Of a stretch of DNA of 64,000 nt, positions 21,101 to 30,597 are shown in pieces. The notes under the pieces are model-generated. The model had not been told where the DNA came from. It saw only the letters and a program-made list of their open reading frames with translations, and did not search any database. The position numbers were made by a program, and so were the translations under genes. Position 1 is the first letter of the stretch. Every line of letters starts with the position of its first letter. The DNA lies in assembly GCA_963823665.1 (NCBI GenBank), contig CAWGMQ010000003.1:320001-384000 (forward strand), in the 5' to 3' direction. The stretch comes from an uncultured Planctomycetota bacterium. Lineage in GTDB: Bacteria; Planctomycetota; Planctomycetia; Isosphaerales; Isosphaeraceae.

Positions 21101-23331
21101 TCAAGGCCCGATGACGGCCGCGCAGGCCTGGCGGAGGTATTCTTCGAAGGGCCATTCTCCGCTGCTCCCGGTCTGGCGAGTGATCACCAGGTCCAGGCTG
21201 GGTACAAACGCGATGATCTGGCCTCCGGAGCCGGGCTTGGATCGGGCGTCGGCGGGGATTCCCTTGCCGCTGCGGCCGCGCTCGCCGGTCAAGCGTGCGG
21301 GCAGCTCCCATCCGTGGGAGAAGTTCTCGGCGTTCATCTTGAAGCGCATTTCCAGCCCCTGCACTTTGTGGGTCGGCGCGGCCGTTTGAGCGACGAACCA
21401 TTGCGGGATCACTTGCTTGTCGCCCCAGCGGCCGTTCCTGACCATACAATATGCGATCCGTGCCATGTCGCGCGCGGGCATACCCATGTGTTGTGACGAA
21501 TGACGGCCGTACATTGGCCCTCCATCGTAGAATTGAAACCACCAGTGCTCGATTCCAAGCGGTTTGAATAACGCGTCGACGGCATACTGGTCGTAAGGCT
21601 TGCCGGTAACCGTCTCGCACACGAGGGCCGCGTGTTCGAGCGCGTGCGTCGAGTAGCCGCAGGCTGTCCCCGGATCGAACGCGAGCTTGGCCGTGCGCGC
21701 GTCGCCGCTCTTACCAAGAATGTAATCCCACGTACCGTCGTTGGGCGCGCCGAACGCTTCCGGACAGATCCCCGACGTGTGATTGAGCAGTTGCTTCACG
21801 GTGATCTGGGCCTTACGCGGATCGGAGAGCGGCTGTGCCCAGGGGATGAAATCAAACGCGTGGTCGTCGAATGTCATCTTGCGCGGCAGACGGCCCTGCC
21901 GGCTCTCTTCGGAGGCGATGGCCAGAACCGTGGCGCAGATGGCTTTCGAACACGAGGCAACCCGAGCCGTATTCGAGACGGAACTATTGCGGCGTTCCTC
22001 TTCCAGCACGATGTAACCGTGCCGAATGACAACGGCGGCAAACCCGCGCTCATCCGAGTCGCGGAGCCATGCGCGGAGCTTGCCCAGCTTGGCAGGGTCC
22101 ATCGCTGCGATCGTGCGGATCGAATCGGGGTCGTCTAGCTTCGCCAGCCGCCCTGGGATTCCGGTGGCGGAAAGTAATCACTCCAGCCGGCGGCGGGGCC
22201 CGGATCAGAGCGGAGGACGGAGGACGGAGGGCGGGGGACGGAGCCGCGCGCGGGGAAAGGCCCGATCGTGGCGCGGTCAGTTCTTTCAATTTCGCGTAGA
22301 CGACCGGATCGTCACGCGCTCCCTCGAAGCGAAACGGGTAACGCTGATTAACCTCGTTGGCCATGAACCCCCACGAGGCACCGTGCGTGATGCACAACTC
22401 GGCTGCGGCGGCGGCAGTTTCATTCAACTTGTCATCTTCGTTGCAGACGATCGGTTTTGCGTATTTCTTGAGTGCCGCGATGCGGGCGGGTATGTCGGCG
22501 AGCGCGGTGTCGTTGAGGTGGATGAGCAGGAAGTCGGCTGCCCTGGCGACCTGTTCGGGACAGCGTCCGTCTCCGAGCCCGGCGGTGGCGACGAGCAAGC
22601 CCGGCGCTGCCTTTTGTGCCAGGCGAATCAGCTCGACCTGGCCATCGGCGGTTCGGAGCAAAGGGTGGTCGAAACCGCTATGACCAAACTCGTTGGTGAT
22701 TTCGAGCACGACGTTCTGGAAGCCGCATTTCCGGATCCAGCCCGCGGCATTCGTGACCGCAGCGCGCACGGCGTTTTCGTCTTTCAGGACCTGGTCTTGC
22801 CGCTGGTAGAAGCAGCCGAGGATGATGATCAGACCGTGCCGGTCGCACGCCTCGATGACACGCCGCACGCGGGCGAGATACGACTCGCGCAGCGACCCAT
22901 CCCGCGCGAACGCCGAGTTGAGAGCCCCTTCGTACCGAGGCCTGCCGCCCTGCAAGCAGATCGTGAAGGCAGCGACGCCATGCGCGGCATAGTCGGGCAG
23001 ATGCGACAGGAAACGGTTGGTGTTTGCCTCGGGGTCGAAGTCCGGCTTGTGAAGGTCCTCGAACACCGAGTTCACCATCCGCACATTCATAAGCAGGCCC
23101 TCTGCGCGCGTGCCGCGATACGTCAGCTCGCCATTCTTGCACCACCTGTCCGCCTGTAATGAAACCCTGGTGTGTGCAGTGAACGTCTCTGTGCCCTTGG
23201 GCACCTGGCCGGCGCGTGTGACCGATTCCGATGAGCCAGGCGCGACCGCACCGAGTGCCAGAAGAAGGGGGCCGAGGCAAGGGCGGAATGATCGCCCGGA
23301 GGCGCGTGCTGCGCTGTGGCATCAGCATCAC
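21101..23331 (-). CDS. Secreted GH-A-clan-like TIM-barrel domain + beta-lactamase-family serine hydrolase (probable fusion, several frameshifts)
   Basis: N-part LMNVRMVNSVFED...ITNE...IVCNED; linker DYFPPPESQGGWR; C-part SCSK (SxxK), LLNHTSG, YST, RDMARI, FVPSLDLVITR. Confidence 0.7.
22211..22245. repeat. Five tandem degenerate heptamers (CGGAGGA) in the interdomain linker
   Basis: cggagga cggagga cggaggg cggggga cggagcc. Confidence 0.7.
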
Positions 23332-23618
23332 CTTTGCGTCATTCTAGCTTTCGTGGCAACGTCTTCCGCGTCGTGGACATCAACCTCAAGATCCGTGATC
23401 CAGGCGCACAAGGTCAATAGCGAGTTGAAATGACGGTCCCTGGCCGTTCGCGCGTGGATCTGCATTTTTCAGGCTGGGCTGGAACCGTTAGGCCAAAACA
23501 AGTTTAATTAATAGTGTGGTATCGATCGAAGCCTGTTATAGCCGACGGAGCACGAATTCGGTACAGAGGGTTTCGAAACGGAACAATCATCGTCTGATTC
23601 TTGCGGAGGAACGTGGTC

Positions 23619-24199
23619 ATGCCAGTCGACGACGACTTCGCTGATTTGATGGCGCGAGCAAAGGCGGGGGACCAAGCGGCGATCCGTCTGTTCGTATCAC
23701 GGTTCGGCCACGAAGTTCGAATGATGGTGCGTGCGCGCCTACCGCAGCGGTTGCGAGCCCAATACGATTCGACTGATTTCGCGCAAGCGGTCTGGCTGAG
23801 TTTCTTCGCAGAATTGCCAAACGATGCGCCGAGTTTTCAAAAAGTCGTGCATCTGCGCCGATACCTGGCCGGCGTCGCGCGGAACAAGATCTATGAGCAG
23901 CACCGCAGACTGACCAGGACGGAGAAGTATGACATCTGCCGAGAGGAGCGGTTGTATGTGCGCGGGACGGGCGCGATGTTCCGCGGGATGTGATCTCGCC
24001 CGATCCTTCTCCCAGCCAAGCCGCGCAGGCGGAAGATCGTTTCGATCGACTGGTTGAAGGACGCACTCAACGCGAAGTCGATGTTCTCCAACTGCGAAGT
24101 CTGGGTCTGACTTTCGAGGAGATCGAGGCGCGAACCGGCATAAAAGAGCGGACGGCACGGCGAATCATCGATGCAGCCCGAGCGCGGATGGGGGTTTAA
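23619..24199 (+). CDS. ECF-type RNA polymerase sigma factor (kinase-associated type); frameshift near 23965
   Basis: LMARAKAGDQAA...YDSTDFAQAVW (sigma2) and LRSLGLTFEEI..RTGIKERTARR (sigma4 HTH); GGAGGA RBS. Confidence 0.85.
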
Positions 24200-24201
24200 C
24201 G

Positions 24202-27200
24202 ATGACGCTCGCTCGAGAGTCATTGGCGGACAGCTATCTCGATTGGTCCGACCCTTGTGAGACCGAGGAATCGATCGAGCTGATCTATCGGGAATTCTGT
24301 CTGCTCGAGGCTGCGGGCCAGAATCCCGACAAATCCCAGTACCTGTGCCGCTTCCCTCGCTATGCGGAGGCGCTCGAGCGACTGCTTGGGTTACACCATG
24401 CTTGCTCACCGTCGTTCTTGGTGCGTTGCGAGACGTTGTCTCCCGAGAACCGAGAATCTACCCAGCGCCGGGTGCTCGGTCGGGCCGTATTTCCTATGGC
24501 GCGAACTGGGACGAGGCAGTTTCGCACGAGTCTTCCTCGCCGAGCAGATCGACCTCGAAAACCGTCTGGTGGTTGTTAAAGTCGCGACGCATTTCACACG
24601 CGAGCCCTGGTTACTGGCTCGGGTGCGGCACCCTCACGTTGTCGAGGTCGTTTCCCATGCCCTCCTCGAGGACTTCGGCTTTCATCTGATCTGTATGCCG
24701 TTCCTGGGCGGCGCGACGCTCTTGTCGGTGCTGGCAGAGAACAAAAGGCGGTGGCCAGTAGCCACCGGGACACACTTGCTCAGGAACCTGGACGCCGTTG
24801 CCGCGCCCGAGTTTCCTGTCTCGGGTGCTGCGCGTCCCGCGCGAAATCGTGGCGGCGTTATCCTTCGACCAAGCTGTGGCGTGGATCGGTGCACGTCTGG
24901 CGGAGGCGCTTGATTACGCATTCACCAAAGACGTCGCTCACGGGGATGTGAAACCTTCAAACATCCTGCTTGCAGCCGACGGCAGCCCGATGTTGCTCGA
25001 TTTCAACCTCGCGCGCGAAGGCTCGCCGGTCCTGGCAATGGACCTCGTCGGCGACCCGGGCGGGACCTTGCCTTACATGGCGCCCGAGCGTCTTTGCGCC
25101 TTGTCCGGCAGTGCATCAGTCCGGGCTGATCTGACGGCGTCTGGCGAGCGTGCGCGGAGTACGTCGTCTCTGGCCGATACGGAGCGTACTTCGTTCGATG
25201 GCGACACACTCGCCGGCGTTCGGGTTCACCAAGCTGACATCTACTCGCTCGCTGTCGTTTTGCTCGAGATGCTCACCTGCCAAAGTCCGGCCGAGTCGAG
25301 CGCCGGGCGGGGACAGATCCCAGGTGCGGCGTCGGGCATATGCGAGTCAGCCACGACGCTTTTCGCAGATGCCCAGGCTCGCAGCGCAGCGTTTGCCACT
25401 AGACCGAGCCGAGACCGCTAGCGGCCGGACCATTCCGCCCGGTCTTCGGGCAGCTCTCGAGCACGCGCTTGATCCTACTCCTGCACGCCGCTATCAACGC
25501 GCGCGAGACTTTGCGGAGGATCTCGACCGCTGGCGAACAAACCGCCCCCTTGCTTTTGCGGTCGAGCCTTTCTGGCGATCCACGATCCCGAGCTGGGTCA
25601 GACGCCGGAAGCGATTTCTGTTGGTTGCGGCCGCGGCGTTATCGCTTGTGCTAGGTCTTCCCAGCACGATGCTGATGTTTCTAAGCGGTCGAAGACTTCA
25701 GGAGGATTTCGCACGATACAACCTGAACCGGCACTGGAATGGAACCGAGGCTTACCGGTTTCGGCCCTTGACGTCGGAATGGCTGGAAGACCCAGTTCGA
25801 GGCTCGGCCTATTTCCGCTTGACTGACCCCGGAGATCCCAGAGCACTCGAGTCAGCCCGACGTGCCCTTGAGGACTTCGGCGTGTTCGGCCCAGGAGACT
25901 GGCGCCGAAACGAGAGTTTCAACTACCTTCGTGGCGCCGAGCGCGAGGATCTCGAGCTATGGCTGATGGAACAGGCCTATCGATATTGCGTGGCGCTGTC
26001 CGAACGCCCGGAGTCGCGCCATGACTGGGAACGAGCACGGAATTTGCTGGAACGTCTTGAGAAGACAAATCCACTACTGGTCTTTGCGAATCTGGCCGCT
26101 TCGCTGAATTCTAAACTCGATCCTGCGGGTTCGAACGTCAGCCATGCCGTGCGCCCCGTTATCGATCCAGATCAGAAGTTCGGTCCTTACTCCCAATCGG
26201 CTCCGGCCTGGATGAATGAGTATCTTCTGGGTGTTGCGGCCGAATTTGAATTTGAGGTGTCCGAGAAGCGGCCGTTTCCGTTGCCAGGCGATCTGGCCAA
26301 CCTCGACTCCCGGGCCATCCGCCCGCCTATCCTTGGGCGCGAAAGCTCCGCGAGGGCGCTCGAGCACTACCGAAAGCTCCTGGCAATCCGGCCCGAGTCG
26401 TACTGGGGCAACTATCGTGCAGCCGGTGTTTGCTATGTTCTGGGTGCCTTCGCGGAATCTGCGCAATATCTCGCATGCTGCCTGGCGATTCGACCCGAGA
26501 ACGCCGTCATCCGCGGCCAACGAGCCGACTGCCTGGCGTGGCTCGGGAGGTATTCTGACGCGCTCAAGGAATGCGACCAAGCTCTCGACCGAGCTCCTGA
26601 TCTACCTGAGCTGTACAGGATCAGGGCTTTTATTCGAGCCGGCTCGGGCCAGACAAATGGTTCTCGCTGCCGACATCGAACACTTCGAAGTGCTGAGGCG
26701 CCTTTTGCCATCGGAATTCCCAAACGACGCGATCAAAACGGAGCAAAGTGAGTCTCTAGTGCTGTCAGACACAAAAGTTCACGGTCTCGCTGAGCTGTCG
26801 GGCGGTTTCGGTCTGCACGCGACTCTCGAGGGTCGTCCGTATCTTTCATCGCGGACCAGCCAGGTTTCGGCGGTGGATCGCGGTGAGTTAAGCGTGCGGC
26901 TCGACCTCGCGTCCAAGATTCGGGATGCAGGTGACCGAGAACTCGCGTCGAGCGAATATGCGAAAATCCTGCTGCTTGATCCCGATCACCTCCCGGCCCG
27001 CACATTTCGAGCCTTGAGTGCCATAGACCACGAGAGCTTCGCCCAAGCCGAGTACGACCTTCAACTGGTTTTAAACCATCCGCACTTAATCGAATACTTG
27101 CGCTGGAATCCTACCCTTCTCCGTTCGATGCTCCAGGCCCCTCGACGATTCTCACTGAGCGGCCGGGCAGAAGAAGGTCAAGCGCTAGCACGTAAAGTGG

Positions 27201-27481
27201 CCGACTGCGCGAACGCGCTGCACCAACTCAGAAGCGAGTCCCATTACAACCTCGCGCACGCATACGCGGTTTCGGCGCGTGAGAAACCCGAATTCGTCGC
27301 TCGGGCTGCAACTCAGTTATGGTGGGTTCTCGTGACACATCCTGATTATCAGCATTACTACATCCAAGATTCGACGTTTGACGACGTTCGAGACCAGATC
27401 GACCGAGAATTACGCGACAAGCCCGACCCGGCGGAGGAGTACCGGCGTGCGGTTGCCGATCGCCTCGTGCAACCAAACTGA
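24202..27481 (+). CDS. Hanks-type Ser/Thr protein kinase with TM helix and C-terminal TPRs; about 4 frameshifts
   Basis: ELIYREF...YLCRFP N-domain; LGRGSFARV, VVVK, HGDVKPSNILL, LDFNLA, GGTLPYMAPE, ADIYSL, RRY....FAEDLDRW; TM after RRRKR; TPRs. Confidence 0.85.
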
Positions 27482-27819
27482 GTGCATGCATGATTGCACG
27501 CCCAGCTTTGAGTTTTTCGAGGGATTGGCACAGTTTTCGTTAGGATGCTCATGGGGTGGTTTGGGCCCGGGGTGGTGTGCGCGCTTTTGGACTCGAGCCC
27601 GGCTTTCGCGTAGCGTACGCGGTGGTAATCGTTTCCGGCTATGACGGATGGGCATTGGGAATCGCGGGTGCTTGGTCTGGGGTTGTCAGGAAAAAGCCCG
27701 TACAATCCGATCAAAAGAGGTGGAATGATTGCGAGGCGCAGGGAATCGGAAGTGGAGCATGCTTCCGGACGATCTCGCATGATGAAGCGACCGTGTAGAC
27801 GGAGTGGCTCATGGGCGCG

Positions 27820-28671
27820 ATGTTGGTGCGTCGATCGCACGGGGCCGGACGGTTGGTCCGGCTTGTGCTCGGAGTTGTTGCGAGCTGGGCGCTGATTGCG
27901 ACTCCGGTCCGTGGCGGACTGGGCGCGCGTCATACTGACCCTGCGCAGGTGTTGCCTCTCGACCAGGTTCCAACCGAGCATCGCGAAAGTGTTTCCGAAG
28001 TGATTCGGGAGCACACGTTTCACCGCCTGGGCGAGCCCGACAGCTTTCCATGCCCGGGGAGCCTGTATCTCAGCCTGTTGGATGAGCCTCTCGTGCCGCT
28101 CTCGTTGTGGAAGGACCTGAGCACATCGCCGGTGCAGCTCCAGAAGGTCGGTCCGAACCGCTACGAGGGGACGGACGGCGCGGGGTCTACCGCGGTCTGG
28201 GACTTCGTGCTACGGAATCCACGGCTCCATGTTCTGCTGGCCTACTTCACTTACATCAGCCCACGAGGGAATGCGCGAGTCGAAGCTCGCATCGTGCTGA
28301 TCGTGAGGTCGAGCTACGCTGTGGACGCCAGCAAGGAACCCTGGGTACGGCACGACGTGGAAGCGTTCGTGAAGGTGGACTCCAAGGGCTGGAAGACGCT
28401 GGCACGAACGGTCCGGCCCGTGGTGGAGAAGGTCCTGGAAGAGCAGGTGCGTGAAGCGGGACACTTCGTGTCGCTGATGAGCCGCCTGGTGATCACGTAC
28501 CCCAACTGGGCGTGCCAAACGATCGCCAATCAACCCGCCATCGACCCGGCGACGAAGATGCAGTTCCAGACGGCCGTGATCCGTAACCGGAAGGCCGGGG
28601 CTTCGCGAGGACGGCCGGTCGTGATGCAGGACCAGAATGATCAGCAGGCGCAAGATGGGCGGCGGCGGTGA
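27820..28671 (+). CDS. Secreted hypothetical protein
   Basis: Signal-like RLVRLVLGVVASWALIA, strong GC3 codon bias, ~283 aa. Confidence 0.75.
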   Translation: MLVRRSHGAGRLVRLVLGVVASWALIATPVRGGLGARHTDPAQVLPLDQVPTEHRESVSEVIREHTFHRLGEPDSFPCPGSLYLSLLDEPLVPLSLWKDLSTSPVQLQKVGPNRYEGTDGAGSTAVWDFVLRNPRLHVLLAYFTYISPRGNARVEARIVLIVRSSYAVDASKEPWVRHDVEAFVKVDSKGWKTLARTVRPVVEKVLEEQVREAGHFVSLMSRLVITYPNWACQTIANQPAIDPATKMQFQTAVIRNRKAGASRGRPVVMQDQNDQQAQDGRRR

Positions 28672-28830
28672 TCGGGGGCTGACGGCGCTGCGGCTCGTCG
28701 TTCGGTTGGAACGTCGAGCGCCACGGGTGTTTTTCCGACACTGAGCGCCGGGCCGAGGCGTGGCGGCGGTGAATCGGATCGAGCGCACGCCCGTCCGGAC
28801 GGATCGGCCGCGCGCCGAGTTTGGGGCAGA

Positions 28831-29317
28831 TCACCCCAATCGTTGTGAATTCACAAACGAGCACACGATCACGGCTCGTTCCGGTCCCGCGCCGGGACGG
28901 CGGTGGAGCGTGCAGCGCACTCCGAGTGCCCTTGCGCGGTCCATGGCCGTCATCAACAAAGTTAGGCCGAGCGGGACGGAGAGGCTCGGCACGGCCATCG
29001 CGGTAGATCGTCGTCGGGCCGTACAGCGTCCAGACCGAACGGACGTACAGGCCATCTGCATGCAGCTTGTCCACGAGCGGGTTCGCGGAACCGGCAGGTT
29101 CGTGACGTACGTCCAAGTCGACGAGACGAAGGGTTTCTTCAGGGAGAGCCTGCACCAGCAAACGCTCGAGCCAGCAACGGTAACGGTGGAGATGCGGGAA
29201 CCTCGACCATCGCTTTGAGCCCGGACGAGGTGCGGTCCTCGCGCCTTTCAGCTCTTTGAGCAAGTGATCGCCAGGGCACAGCGGCGTGGGCACCAGAGCG
29301 AATCCCCGCCCCATCAT
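28831..29317 (-). CDS. Putative Fe(II)/2-oxoglutarate oxygenase-like (DUF1826-like) protein; frameshift near 28985
   Basis: LHADG...RSVWTLYGPTT...TLHRRP...R gives HxD...H...R, resembling DUF1826 FHVD...CTY.GPGT...HRSP...R. Confidence 0.55.
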
Positions 29318-29561
29318 CTCCGACCTCACCCGAGCGACAAGGCTGCCGCGCAACCTTGGCACTTGAAGTTCCGCTCGCAATTGTGCTTTCCGTTCCTGGC
29401 TCCGAGAATTGGCCCGCGCCCTCGATCCAGTCTCGCGTCCGCCCAGAAAGCTCGAGGGGCAGGGTCACCTGCCCTGCAACGCGGTAGACACCTCGACTCC
29501 GAGCCAAGTTCGGTGTCAATGCGGCGGCCGCGCGGCGTTGACTTCATAGGTTGCACGAAAT

Positions 29562-29673
29562 CTAGTGCTTTGCCACAACCAAGACTTCGGGTTCGAGTTG
29601 CCGAGAGAATCTGGCAAATCAGCCGGACGCTCAATCCCATCGACCCGAAAATCAAGTTGTGACAAAGCACTAG
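29562..29673. mobile_element. 112-bp MITE-like element
   Basis: Terminal inverted repeats CTAGTGCTTTGCCACAAC / GTTGTGACAAAGCACTAG (17 of 18 match), inner IR TTCGGGTTCGA / TCGACCCGAA, no coding capacity. Confidence 0.65.
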
Positions 29674-29788
29674 TCTCATGCTTTGCTGTGCCTCGTTAAC
29701 TTATCGGCGGCCACCCGCAAAGTACGAGCGGCAGAGAACGGCGGCAATCCGTCAAGAGACGGTGCCAGACGAGAATTGCGGAGCAGAA

Positions 29789-30037
29789 TTAGGAACCTGG
29801 ACCGCCTGGCCCAACGGGCGGCAGAATTGGGTAGTCGATGGGAGGATCGTCACCGGGATAAGGTGGCGGCGCCGGTTCTGGTTCCGGCGGTGGGTCGTCA
29901 TCATCCAGACTAGAGCAACTAAAAGTCGAAATTGCGGCAACTCCGACGGACACGCACATTGACGGCGACGTCGGAATCCGTTTCGCCTCAAGTATTTCCA
30001 ACGAATTGAGGCGATCTAATGTTCGGTCTCTACGCAT
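29789..30037 (-). CDS. 82-aa protein with planctomycete LExLExR-like N-terminal motif and Pro/Asp-rich tail
   Basis: GGAG RBS 7 nt before ATG; MRRDR...SLEILEAKRIPT; C-terminus DDDDPPPEPEPAPPPYPGDDPPIDYPILPPVGPGGPGS. Confidence 0.7.
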   Translation of the reverse strand: MRRDRTLDRLNSLEILEAKRIPTSPSMCVSVGVAAISTFSCSSLDDDDPPPEPEPAPPPYPGDDPPIDYPILPPVGPGGPGS

Positions 30038-30597
30038 CGCGTTACTCCGGTGTACTCGTTACATTACCTAATTAATGGACGTGGACACTCGATGTCAGAG
30101 ATCGAGAATCCCCGCCTATAGAGATGATCTACAAAAGACAGATTCCAGTTGCCAAAAAGATGTGGTATTCGTCCATTTCCAGCGATTTTTTTTCGGAGTG
30201 ACGCGTCCGTTGTCGGATCCGACGACGACATTCTCCCGAAGCATGGCTGCCGTTTCGCGCGTCCAGCATCACTCGCAGCCGGAGCGTTTGTTCCCGCTCG
30301 TGAATGACCTGAGTCGCATGCGCGCGCCTACGACCGATCGTGCGGCAGAATCAGATTCCGTGCCCTATCCCACGTAGGACCTCAAATTCATCGTGAATTC
30401 GGACAACAGGCCAGTCCGAGCACGCTCAAGCGGACTTCCGTCGTCCTTTACCGTATTGCCGCGATCCGTTATCGTGAGGACGTGGAGACCAATCGTAACG
30501 CCCGTAACCTAAGGCACTGGCGCGAAGCGGGCCTGATGGGACAATCGGACTGGATCCTATCTTCTCACTTGCCAGTTTCCCCAGAAGGATTCGAGCG

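Noticed and set aside
21101..22102. Beta-lactam resistance gene
   Set aside because: Only the generic SxxK hydrolase fold; lacks canonical YxN and KTG motifs
27525..27545. Sigma54 promoter (TTGGCACAG...)
   Set aside because: The -12 TTGC element is absent (TCGT)
29700..29770. c-di-GMP-I riboswitch-like words (GCAAAG, GGCAATCC hairpin)
   Set aside because: Elements are in the wrong order and lack the second stem; probably an ordinary hairpin
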